From Pyrobaculum calidifontis JCM 11548 (lineage in GTDB: Archaea > Thermoproteota > Thermoprotei > Thermoproteales > Thermoproteaceae), in NCBI RefSeq assembly GCF_000015805.1, contig NC_009073.1:1140001-1172000 (forward strand): DNA of 32,000 nt, read 5' to 3'. The translations under genes were made by a program, and so were the position numbers. Shown here one piece after another: positions 25,343 through 32,000 of this stretch. Each line of letters opens with the position of its first letter. Positions within the stretch are counted from its first letter, which is position 1. The notes under the pieces are model-generated. The model saw only the letters and a list, made by a program, of their open reading frames with translations, was not told the DNA's origin and made no database searches.

Positions 25343-25591
25343 TTATTTTCCTAGCTCTTTCTTCAGCTCGGCGATTCTCTCCTCGATCTGCTTCTTTACC
25401 TCGTCTAAGTATTTCAGCGTCTCTTCTAGGTACCTAAGCTCCTCTTCCCTCGTGGCGATGGGCCATGGGCTAGGCCACCAGTGGTGCCAGAGGCGTCAGC
25501 CTGGCCTAAGTGGGGGCGGTAACCAGCTCCAAGGCCCTCTGCCCGGCCACATGCCCCGTAGGTGCCAGTCCCTGTCCAATTCCCAGCCCAT
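25343..25591 (-). pseudogene. Trp/Gly/Arg/Pro-rich N-terminus + coiled-coil C-terminus mini-protein (DUF5320-like), interrupted by one in-frame TGA
   Basis: MGWELDRDWHLRGMWPGRGPWSWLPPPLRPG-TGA(25496-25498)-RLWHHWWPSPWPIATREEELRYLEETLKYLDEVKKQIEERIAELKKELGK*. No ATG/GTG/TTG lies in frame after the TGA. Confidence 0.5.
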
Positions 25592-25887
25592 GTGAAATGT
25601 GTTTCAAAAATGCTTAGGCTTTCGCCTTAAACGGCTTGCCCAACACCAGAGTCTCGGCGATTTCCCCCTCCCAGATTCAAGAATTCGCCACGCGGTAGCC
25701 GCAGAGACGCCGAGCCTTCCTCCACCGGAATCTCTCCAAGTGGGCCAGACTTATGGCGTCGACCCCGGCGCTTGCGACGGAGATGTACACGACGGCGGGG
25801 GGCACCTCCTCTACTCGCCCAAATACGGGGGGCCGGCCCCTGTGCCTAAACCTATGGCACTTTCTCACGACTGGTGGACGGGTAATG

Positions 25888-25894
25888 TTTATAA
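25888..25894 (+). promoter_or_regulatory. TATA box of the encapsulin gene
   Basis: TTTATAA ends 19 nt before the ATG at 25914, the same spacing as other leaderless genes in the window. Confidence 0.55.
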
Positions 25895-25913
25895 CTTACA
25901 CGTAGATATACAA

Positions 25914-26921
25914 ATGCTCTCTAAACACCCCCTTGAGATTCCTCCCGATAGGAAGTTGACAAAGGGCGAGGTGGCGGACGCCCTTAGGCTTGCCATAATT
26001 GCCGAGTTAGACGCCATTAGCCTATACCTACAGCTCGCCAGAGCCATAGACGACGAGAAGGTGAGAAAAGTGTTTGAAGACGTGGCCAGGGAGGAGAAGA
26101 CTCACGTTGGAGAATTCTTGGCCCTGCTCAAGGGCCTTGACCCAGAGCTCGTCGCCGAGTTGGAGAAGGGGGCTGTGGAGGTGGCCGAGAAGGGCGGCGA
26201 CCCGCCGCAGGACGAGTGGGCCGAGTTGAGAGAGGCCGCGCGGCAGGCCGCCGACTCTATACGAGTGTTTAGGCGCTATATCCCGACCACGAGAGTGGGC
26301 AGAGGCGTGGAGTACGTCCCCGTGGAGAGAGAGGGCGTTCGCGACGCGGTGAAGCTCGTGGAGATCTCGGCCAAGTTTAAGATTAGCCAAGCCGCCTTGG
26401 ACTACGCCAAGAGGACTGGGCAGCCCTTAGACGCGGGAGACGCCCTGCGCGCCGCCGCCGAGCTGGCGCTTGAGGAGGACAGGCTGGTGGCGCACACCCT
26501 CCTCAACCTCTCCAATGCCCTAAAGATGGCGGCCACGAGCTGGGACGAGCCCGGCAAGGCGGTGGCAGAGGTGTCTAAGGCGGTGGCGGAGCTCATTAAG
26601 GCAGGCGCGCCGGGGCCCTACATCCTCTTCGTAGACCCGGCCAGATTCGCCAAACTAGTGTCGGTGTATGAGAAAACCGGCGTAATGGAGCTGACTAGGA
26701 TAAAGGCCATTGTAAAAGACGTCGTCCCCACGCCGGTTGTGCCCCCCTCCGCGGCCCTGTTAATCTCGGCGTCTCCGCAGACCCTCGACCTCGTAATAGG
26801 CGCAGACACAGAGGTGGAGTACCTCGGCCCAGAAGACGGGAAGCACCTCTTCCGCCTCTGGGAAACCATAGCCGTAAGAGTGAGGCAGGAAAAAGGCGTG
26901 GCAGTGCTAAGAGAGGGCTAG
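25914..26921 (+). CDS. Ferritin-like protein (Flp) domain fused to family 1 encapsulin (linocin M18-type) shell protein
   Basis: N-terminal four-helix ferritin-like motifs (AIIAELDAISLYLQLA ... VAREEKTHVGEFLALL). An HK97-fold encapsulin-like body follows (RYIPTTRVGRGVEYVPVE..., GPYILFVDPARFAKL, LDLVIGADTEVEYLGPEDGKHLFRLWETIAVRV). The architecture resembles the Pyrococcus furiosus PfV protein. Confidence 0.85.
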   Translation: MLSKHPLEIPPDRKLTKGEVADALRLAIIAELDAISLYLQLARAIDDEKVRKVFEDVAREEKTHVGEFLALLKGLDPELVAELEKGAVEVAEKGGDPPQDEWAELREAARQAADSIRVFRRYIPTTRVGRGVEYVPVEREGVRDAVKLVEISAKFKISQAALDYAKRTGQPLDAGDALRAAAELALEEDRLVAHTLLNLSNALKMAATSWDEPGKAVAEVSKAVAELIKAGAPGPYILFVDPARFAKLVSVYEKTGVMELTRIKAIVKDVVPTPVVPPSAALLISASPQTLDLVIGADTEVEYLGPEDGKHLFRLWETIAVRVRQEKGVAVLREG

Positions 26922-27559
26922 CCCGCGTAGGTCCATTGACACCTCCCGTTGACGCAGCCGCACTTAAGTCGGTACCGCCCTGCGTCAAAGCACTCCCTCC
27001 AAACACACGGAGTGGGAGTAGCCTCTTCATGCACACTGCGGCACACTTCCCCAGAACAGCCGTCTCTCACACAATCGGCGTCGCTTTTACACTCCCCGTA
27101 GGTAGAAACGCCGCAGAATGTAGTGTAGAGAACCTCCGCGCTCGCCAAGGCGCCGCCGTGGAAAACAACCCACAACACAGACACCTCCCTTCCGCTCCAC
27201 GTAGTCGACAAGTTAAAATCCCTAGGACAGACGCATTTGCACAACACGCCGTCTAAATCTGCCTCTAGTAAGTAGATAAAGAGCACGCCTCCCGACTCGC
27301 TTACAACAGCCTTTAAAACCTCCGAGCAACAATTTGGCACAACTCTGCCGCTTACTAAAACAGCCCCATCTACAGCTTTCACCTCGGCGTAGGGGGTATA
27401 ATTGCCAAAAGACTGGCACGACGTGAAATTCAGCACATAGCCGCAGAGAGACCCGTAGCAAAAACCCTGGCGCAATGTGCAACAGCCACCGCCGAGTTCT
27501 ACAAAACTCCACACAACAAGCGCTACTAAGACAAGGGCAAGCACAAATTTAACTACCAT
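26918..27559 (-). CDS. Cys-rich protein with N-terminal hydrophobic anchor and C-terminal multi-Cys module
   Basis: MVVKFVLALVLVALVVWSF anchor and 20+ Cys. The C-terminal module is CGVSTYGECKSDADCVRDGCSGEVCRS...TPCVWRECFDAGRYRLKCGCVNGRCQW. The gene starts 23 nt after the ParA-like stop on the same strand, and its stop shares CTAG with the encapsulin stop. Confidence 0.6.
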   Translation of the reverse strand: MVVKFVLALVLVALVVWSFVELGGGCCTLRQGFCYGSLCGYVLNFTSCQSFGNYTPYAEVKAVDGAVLVSGRVVPNCCSEVLKAVVSESGGVLFIYLLEADLDGVLCKCVCPRDFNLSTTWSGREVSVLWVVFHGGALASAEVLYTTFCGVSTYGECKSDADCVRDGCSGEVCRSVHEEATPTPCVWRECFDAGRYRLKCGCVNGRCQWTYAG

Positions 27560-27582
27560 AACGCGTGCAATGTGTACTATTA

Positions 27583-28386
27583 TTAAAACACTTCCACCTC
27601 TGTGGCGGCCCACTCCACGACCTCTCTAAACCAGGACTCCACCTCACCCCTAGCCTTTCTGTCTTTGACGTAGGCCATCTCGGGGACGCGGGAGTAGGCC
27701 ACTCTGTCCCCAATCACTGTCTTAAACACTGGGATAGCCGCCTGGGCGAGTCTCTCTCTCCACGCCTTGCCCTCTCTGTCGTTGCCCACCTTGTTTACCA
27801 AGAGGCGCGTCTTCATGTCCAGAGGCGTGGTTTGCAGGACTTGGGCAAATTTGGCGAACATCCTCCTAAGCCTAGCCGGCTCTGCGCCGTAGGGATGCGC
27901 CACGACGACCACCTTCTCCGCGGCGAAAAACGCAGACATGGAGTACCGCCGCTCGTAGAAGGGGATAGTGTCGAGGATGACTACTTCATACGCGGCGAAG
28001 ACGGGGCCCAGCAGGCGCCCAAGCACGGATTCCGGGCTGGGCCACGTGGCGGAGAACCATATGGAGCCCATGACGTCGCTGAGCTCCTCGCCCCCCACCA
28101 AGAGGTCCACCTCGAGGCCCCCCAGCCGCGGCCTGGCCACATACCCCGCCCAGTCCACGGGCGCCCCCTTCAAAAGCCTCCACAGGAGGTGCCCCACGGT
28201 CAGGCCGGACTCCTCGGCCCTGGCCGCCCCCTCTTCCCCCAGGAGGGCGGTGGACAAGCCCGCGCTCGGGTCCAAGTCCACGAGGAGGACCCGCCGCCCC
28301 TCGAGCAGGAAGCGGTGCGCCAAGTGCAGAGCCATGGTGGTCTTGCCCACCCCGCCCCCCGCGGAGAGAAAGGCAAAAACTGTCAC
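27583..28386 (-). CDS. ParA/MinD-superfamily P-loop ATPase, atypical (no signature lysine)
   Basis: (GTG)TVFAFLSAGGGVGKTT Walker A, RVLLVDLDPS, and Walker B YEVVILDTIPFY. It has the same architecture as 19670-20572. The TATA box GTTATAAAG lies upstream. Confidence 0.8.
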   Translation of the reverse strand: MTVFAFLSAGGGVGKTTMALHLAHRFLLEGRRVLLVDLDPSAGLSTALLGEEGAARAEESGLTVGHLLWRLLKGAPVDWAGYVARPRLGGLEVDLLVGGEELSDVMGSIWFSATWPSPESVLGRLLGPVFAAYEVVILDTIPFYERRYSMSAFFAAEKVVVVAHPYGAEPARLRRMFAKFAQVLQTTPLDMKTRLLVNKVGNDREGKAWRERLAQAAIPVFKTVIGDRVAYSRVPEMAYVKDRKARGEVESWFREVVEWAATEVEVF

Positions 28387-28734
28387 ACTTGTCGCGGCCC
28401 CCAGCTTTATAACAGTCTCTGGAGGGCAAACGTTTTATAGCGCGGCTTCTACGCGAGCGTAGGCTGCGTTGATTGTAGACCTACTGCTTGAGCCAACGCC
28501 CGCGTCATACTCTTTGGCTCTAGGGCCAGGGGGCGGGGCGCCTATCAGACGCCGGCCTCATAGTGGCGTCCAAGGTGTTTAGAGGCATACTTCGCCGACT
28601 GTGTCTCCCACGTCCTTGGGGGGGGGGAGGCGGCCCAGAGTAGACGCCCCCTACTGCACTTACGAGGGGGAAAGGGGGAGAAGTGGGGTTCTAGGGGAGG
28701 TTTTAAAAAGAGGGTTATATTGTGTGGAGGCGGC

Positions 28735-28902
28735 TTACGCCTTGCCCAACAGCCTGTAGACCTTAATCCCGGTGTACGGCGATGTGGCGACGGCAAACTT
28801 CATCTTGCCCCTCGCTGTGTCTTTTTCAATTATCTCATACTTGTCTGTTTCAAATGCCTGTTTTGCTTTTATGTCGTAGAACTTTAACTTCTGCTTCGCC
28901 AT
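28735..28902 (-). CDS. 55-aa basic beta-rich DNA-binding protein, CC1-like crenarchaeal chromatin protein (absent from ORF track)
   Basis: Hand translation gives MAKQKLKFYDIKAKQAFETDKYEIIEKDTARGKMKFAVATSPYTGIKVYRLLGKA*. The TATA box TTTATAC (28921-28929, minus strand) ends 18 nt before the ATG. Confidence 0.7.
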   Translation of the reverse strand: MAKQKLKFYDIKAKQAFETDKYEIIEKDTARGKMKFAVATSPYTGIKVYRLLGKA

Positions 28903-28920
28903 GCCCCACAACTTGCCTCA

Positions 28921-28929
28921 GTATAAATC
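28921..28929 (-). promoter_or_regulatory. TATA box of the CC1-like gene
   Basis: The minus strand reads GATTTATAC, 18 nt upstream of the ATG at 28902. Confidence 0.55.
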
Positions 28930-28944
28930 TCCAACGTCTAAGAA

Positions 28945-29337
28945 TTAGTAATACGGAGCTGGGACGTGGCGGGGATGGGCCGACTCGACGGGGCAGAGCC
29001 CGCCGCGGCCGACCTTGACCTCCACCGCCCCGTCGCCTGTGATCAGTCTCACACGCCTCGGCTCAGCCACAATGGGCACGTAGAGGGCGGCTGTGGACCC
29101 CTTGGGCACCACGAGGCGGCCGCCCTCCCGCCTGACGTCGCCCCGCGCCTCCACGGAGGAGGGGTGGACGTAGTGCCCCTCCACGTCCACCGCCTCCACC
29201 GCCAACTCACTAGGCGCCCTAGCCACGCACACCACCAGCCTGCCCCCGTCTACGTAGGCGGAGAAGTGCTTCTCCTTGGCCAGGGGGAGGTCTAGGAGGA
29301 GGGCGAAGAGGTGGATAAGCCACTGTATAGACTCCAC
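28945..29337 (-). CDS. Hypothetical protein with N-terminal hydrophobic segment
   Basis: 130-aa ORF with a GTG start (ESIQWLIHLFALLLDLPLA...). No family was recognised. Confidence 0.4.
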   Translation of the reverse strand: MESIQWLIHLFALLLDLPLAKEKHFSAYVDGGRLVVCVARAPSELAVEAVDVEGHYVHPSSVEARGDVRREGGRLVVPKGSTAALYVPIVAEPRRVRLITGDGAVEVKVGRGGLCPVESAHPRHVPAPYY

Positions 29338-29365
29338 ATGTGTAGATGGTCCCCCTTTTAATTCT

Positions 29366-30373
29366 TTATCTCAGCTCTTCCACGGCCATCTTAAGCGCCG
29401 CGGCGGCTGTCTCCACTTGGCGTATGTCGATGTGTTCGTCCTCTGTGTGGGCGTACTTGGGGTCGCCGGGGCCGAAGGCGGCTATGCTCTTGGTGAGAGA
29501 GATGAGGAGGTTGAAGTCGGCGGTGCCCCATTTCCTGCTCAACTTGGGCTCTATGCCCAGCCTCAGCAAGGCCCTCACCAGGGCCCGGGCGGCGGGGGAC
29601 GTGGGAGAGGCGGCGGCAGGGTTTGTGCAAGTGGCCAGCCTAGCCGCGGGGGGGAGGGCCGCCGCCACGTCGGCGCAGGTCTTGTCCAGGGGGATGCGGA
29701 CGTCGAGGATCATGACGCACCTAGTGGGCACTTTGTTGGGCGCGTCGCCGCACTGCACCACGGTGGGAGTCACTGTGAAGGAGTCGAACTTCTCCGCGTG
29801 GCCGAGCCTCTGCTTGACCTCTTGGTACACGCCGAAGAGCTCCTCCACAATGTTGCCGTAGATGGGCGAGCTCGCGTGGCCCCCCCTCGACGTCAGCTCA
29901 ATGTACACCTTGGCCCCCCCTCTGTAGGCGTAAGCCACGTGGAGGTCCGTGGGCTCACCCACGTAAACGTGGGCAGGCCTCGGGGGTCCCCCCCTGAGGA
30001 GGGCCTCCGTGCCCGCGCTGTCGTCCTCCTCCGCCGTCACGAGGGCGAGGACGAGGGTGCCCCTTGGCTCGGTCTCTAGGAAGGCCTTGACGTAGGAGAC
30101 TAGGGGGCCCTTGTCGTCCACCGCCCCCCGCCCCCACAGCACGGAGCCCTCCCGCCTCACCGGGAGCGGGCCGGGCACCGTGTCCATGTGGGCGTGTAGC
30201 CACACCACCGGCTCCCCCCGCCCCTTGACAGCCACCACGTTGCCCGCCTCGTCGATCCACACGTCGGCCACGTACTGCCTCAAGAAGCTGTGCAAAAACT
30301 TGGCCAACTCCCCCTCCCCATGCGGCGGGCTATATATCTTAAGCAACTCCTCCAAAAGCCACCCCGCGTCCAT
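29366..30373 (-). CDS. M20-family metallo-deacylase (LysK/ArgE type: [LysW]-lysine/ornithine hydrolase or acetylornithine deacetylase)
   Basis: WLHAHMDTVPG, GRGAVDDKGP, TAEEDDSAG and AHTEDEHI motifs. The probable start is MDAGWLLEEL at 30373; the track start at 30430 would overlap the upstream gene. Confidence 0.8.
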   Translation of the reverse strand: MDAGWLLEELLKIYSPPHGEGELAKFLHSFLRQYVADVWIDEAGNVVAVKGRGEPVVWLHAHMDTVPGPLPVRREGSVLWGRGAVDDKGPLVSYVKAFLETEPRGTLVLALVTAEEDDSAGTEALLRGGPPRPAHVYVGEPTDLHVAYAYRGGAKVYIELTSRGGHASSPIYGNIVEELFGVYQEVKQRLGHAEKFDSFTVTPTVVQCGDAPNKVPTRCVMILDVRIPLDKTCADVAAALPPAARLATCTNPAAASPTSPAARALVRALLRLGIEPKLSRKWGTADFNLLISLTKSIAAFGPGDPKYAHTEDEHIDIRQVETAAAALKMAVEELR

Positions 30374-30399
30374 GGCGGTGGGATATGGAGAGTATATAA

Positions 30400-31269
30400 C
30401 TATAGCTCCACCTCCCGCCCCGCCCTCCACACAGTGACGGCCGGCTCTCTGCCCTGAGCCACGGCCTCGGCGAGGAAGAGCCTGAGCTCAAAGACGTTGG
30501 ACACAGCGCGGCCGTCCACCTTGACGATGACATCGCCGGGCCTTATGCCCAACCTCTCCGCAGGCGAGCCGGGGTAGACCCCAGCCACGAGCAGGCCCCT
30601 GGCTATGGGGAGGCCGTAGGCCGCCGCGAGGGCCTTGTTCAACGCCGCCACGTAGACCCCCAGCCTCGGCCTCACGTAGCGCCCAAACCGCTTCAACATC
30701 TCCAGCATAATCTTCACGAGGTCTATGGGGACTGCGAAGCCTATGCCCTGCGCCCCCGCAATGACGGCCGAGTTCACCCCCACCGCCCTGCCCCCCATGT
30801 CCACAAGAGGCCCCCCCGAGTTGCCCGGGTTAATAGCCGCGTCGGTCTGGATAAGGAACTCGAACACCCTGTCCCCAGCCTTCAGCGCTCTCCCAACCGC
30901 GCTCACAATACCGAACGTGGCCGTGGGCTTGTCCAACAGTGCCAGAGGGTACCCCACCGCCACCACCCCCTGCCCCACCTTAAGCTCCAAGGCGCTCCCC
31001 AAGGGCAGAGGAGGGGCTACCAGGGAGGAGTAGAGGAGGGCTAGGTCCTCCTCTGGGTCGACGGCCGCCACCTCGGCCGTGCCCCTCTCCCCTTCGGGGG
31101 TCACCAAGGCCACCTCCCCGGCGGTGGACACCACGTGGTAGGCAGTGGCGTAGAACCCCTCGCCCACGGAGAAGGCGGAGCCGAACCCCTCTCCCCAGAG
31201 CTCCACACCCCTAGTCACCACAGCTACCACGGACTTGGACACCCTCTCCACGAGGCCGCTCAAGTCCAT
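30400..31269 (-). CDS. HtrA/DegP-like trypsin-fold serine protease with C-terminal PDZ domain
   Basis: Catalytic contexts TAYHVV, EEDLALL and NPGNSGGPLV, with PDZ-like GSPAERLGIRPGDVIVKVDG. The probable start is MDLSGLVERV at 31269. Confidence 0.85.
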   Translation of the reverse strand: MDLSGLVERVSKSVVAVVTRGVELWGEGFGSAFSVGEGFYATAYHVVSTAGEVALVTPEGERGTAEVAAVDPEEDLALLYSSLVAPPLPLGSALELKVGQGVVAVGYPLALLDKPTATFGIVSAVGRALKAGDRVFEFLIQTDAAINPGNSGGPLVDMGGRAVGVNSAVIAGAQGIGFAVPIDLVKIMLEMLKRFGRYVRPRLGVYVAALNKALAAAYGLPIARGLLVAGVYPGSPAERLGIRPGDVIVKVDGRAVSNVFELRLFLAEAVAQGREPAVTVWRAGREVEL

Positions 31270-31289
31270 GCCCCCTCCGCCCCCCGGGC

Positions 31290-31303
31290 TTAAAAATATA
31301 TAC
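31290..31303. promoter_or_regulatory. Shared AT-rich element acting as back-to-back TATA boxes for divergent protease genes
   Basis: TTAAAAATATATAC lies 18 nt from the SppA-like ATG (31322) and 20 nt from the HtrA-like ATG (31269). Confidence 0.5.
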
Positions 31304-31321
31304 TCCCAACACGCGGCCCAT

Positions 31322-32000
31322 ATGCGAGGTTGGATAGCCATAGCGGTGATCCCAGCCATAGCCGTGGCGGCCATACTCGCCTACCTAGCCCTCCACCCGC
31401 CAGCCCCAGCGCCGCCGCCCAAGATCGTGGTGGCCACACTGGACTTCGTCATACAGAGCCCAGACGCCGGCGCCCTGGCGCAGAGGCTAGTGGAGCTCTC
31501 CCAGAGGGGAGACGTGGCGGGGGTCGTCCTCGTGATCAACTCGCCGGGCGGCACTGTCTCAGACACAGAGGCCCTCTACGCCACTCTGCGCGGCCTCGGC
31601 AAGCCCAAGTACGCGGTGGTTTACGGCCTAGCCGCTTCGGGGGCCTACTACGTCGCCGCCGCGGCGGACAAGATATACGCCACGCCCTCCAGCTGGGTGG
31701 GGAGCATAGGGGTAATAGCCGTCATATGGCCCGACGAGTACCTCTACGACGCCCCAGACTACGTATACACCACCGGGCCCCTGAAGTACTACGGGATGGA
31801 CCTCACCTCCTTCTACAACGCGGTGGAGGAGGTGCGGAACAACTTCGTAAAGGCAGTCGCCGAGGGGAGGAGGGGGAGGCTGAGGGTAAACGCCACGGAG
31901 CTGGAGACCGCCGCCCTCTACACCGCCAGCCAGGCCCTGGAAATGGGGCTAGTGGACAAAATAGGCGGTGTCCCCGACGCGGTGAGAGACATGGCACAGG
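31322..32000 (+). CDS. Signal peptide peptidase SppA-like (S49 family), 3' end outside window (absent from ORF track)
   Basis: Hand translation gives MRGWIAIAVIPAIAVAAILAYLALH (anchor) ... VVLVINSPGGTV ... VVYGLAASGAYYVAAAADKIYA ... The frame is open to the window end. Confidence 0.8.
   Translation, partial: MRGWIAIAVIPAIAVAAILAYLALHPPAPAPPPKIVVATLDFVIQSPDAGALAQRLVELSQRGDVAGVVLVINSPGGTVSDTEALYATLRGLGKPKYAVVYGLAASGAYYVAAAADKIYATPSSWVGSIGVIAVIWPDEYLYDAPDYVYTTGPLKYYGMDLTSFYNAVEEVRNNFVKAVAEGRRGRLRVNATELETAALYTASQALEMGLVDKIGGVPDAVRDMAQ

Noticed and set aside
25496-25498. Selenocysteine or other programmed recoding at the in-frame TGA
   Set aside because: No SECIS-like context was recognised, and Sec decoding is not expected in Crenarchaeota. 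A TGG-to-TGA nonsense change in a Trp-rich protein is the simpler explanation. Read-through remains only a minor alternative.
25599-25913. N-terminal 105 codons of the 440-aa ORF containing the encapsulin
   Set aside because: The sequence has no family resemblance (MFQKCLGFRLKRLAQHQ...). A TATA box at 25888-25894 with canonical 19-nt spacing points to the ATG at 25914. The Flp domain begins right after that ATG, and the opposite strand carries a ParA-like relic.
27565-28440. 291-aa plus-strand ORF (also 27968-28462 and 27986-28429)
   Set aside because: It is antisense or out of frame to the well-supported ParA-like CDS. The composition is Arg/Pro/Gly-rich, typical of spurious ORFs in GC-rich DNA.
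28540-28600. tRNA-like hairpin ggcgcctatcagacgcc
   Set aside because: It is only a single 4-bp stem. No acceptor or T-arm (GTTCRA-type) sequences were recognised nearby.
29276-30079. 267-aa plus-strand ORF (and 29346-29861, 29955-30260)
   Set aside because: It is antisense to the M20 deacylase gene, whose catalytic motifs are clear. The sequence is low-complexity Gly/Arg-rich.
1-32000. Scan for rRNA, tRNA, CRISPR arrays, transposases and integrases
   Set aside because: Reading both strands recognised none of these. Intron-containing tRNAs or small RNAs cannot be excluded without covariance-model tools.

Overview
GC-rich, tightly packed archaeal chromosomal segment. The protein content (CC1-like chromatin protein, MOFRL glycerate 2-kinase, VKOR homologue, DUF131 pair, HEPN/MNT, COG1373-type ATPase) points to a hyperthermophilic crenarchaeon of the Thermoproteales (Pyrobaculum/Thermoproteus-like). 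So does the promoter architecture: TATA boxes end about 17-21 nt before start codons (leaderless mRNAs), and adjacent genes share ATGA-type overlaps. This assignment is inference; no search was run. Positions 1-17.5 kb and 28.7-32 kb are housekeeping. They hold a LutB-like Fe-S protein (5' partial), a flavin reductase, a five-gene Opp/Dpp-type peptide ABC importer, a CoxG-like protein, glycerate kinase, VKOR, a thioesterase plus family III CoA-transferase, citramalate/isopropylmalate synthase, a ClC channel, an M20 deacylase, and HtrA-like and SppA-like proteases. About 17.6-28.4 kb is an accessory island rich in decayed genes. It contains a frameshifted HEPN-MNT pair, a nuclease-fold ORF, two intact ParA-like ATPases lacking the signature lysine of the deviant Walker A box, and a multiply disrupted Panacea/SocA-like gene. 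It also contains an intact AbiEi/AbiEii-like pair, an HhH-GPD glycosylase, a roughly 2.5x degenerate tandem array of [MinD-like 3' fragment + 4-TM mini-protein], a Trp-rich coiled-coil mini-ORF interrupted by one TGA, and a ferritin-like-domain::encapsulin fusion gene. The most system-like unexplained association is the encapsulin gene flanked on both sides by ParA/MinD-class ATPase genes or relics with small partner ORFs. This could be a nanocompartment-positioning or island-maintenance module, but that is hypothesis only. No rRNA, tRNA, CRISPR array, transposase or integrase was recognised.
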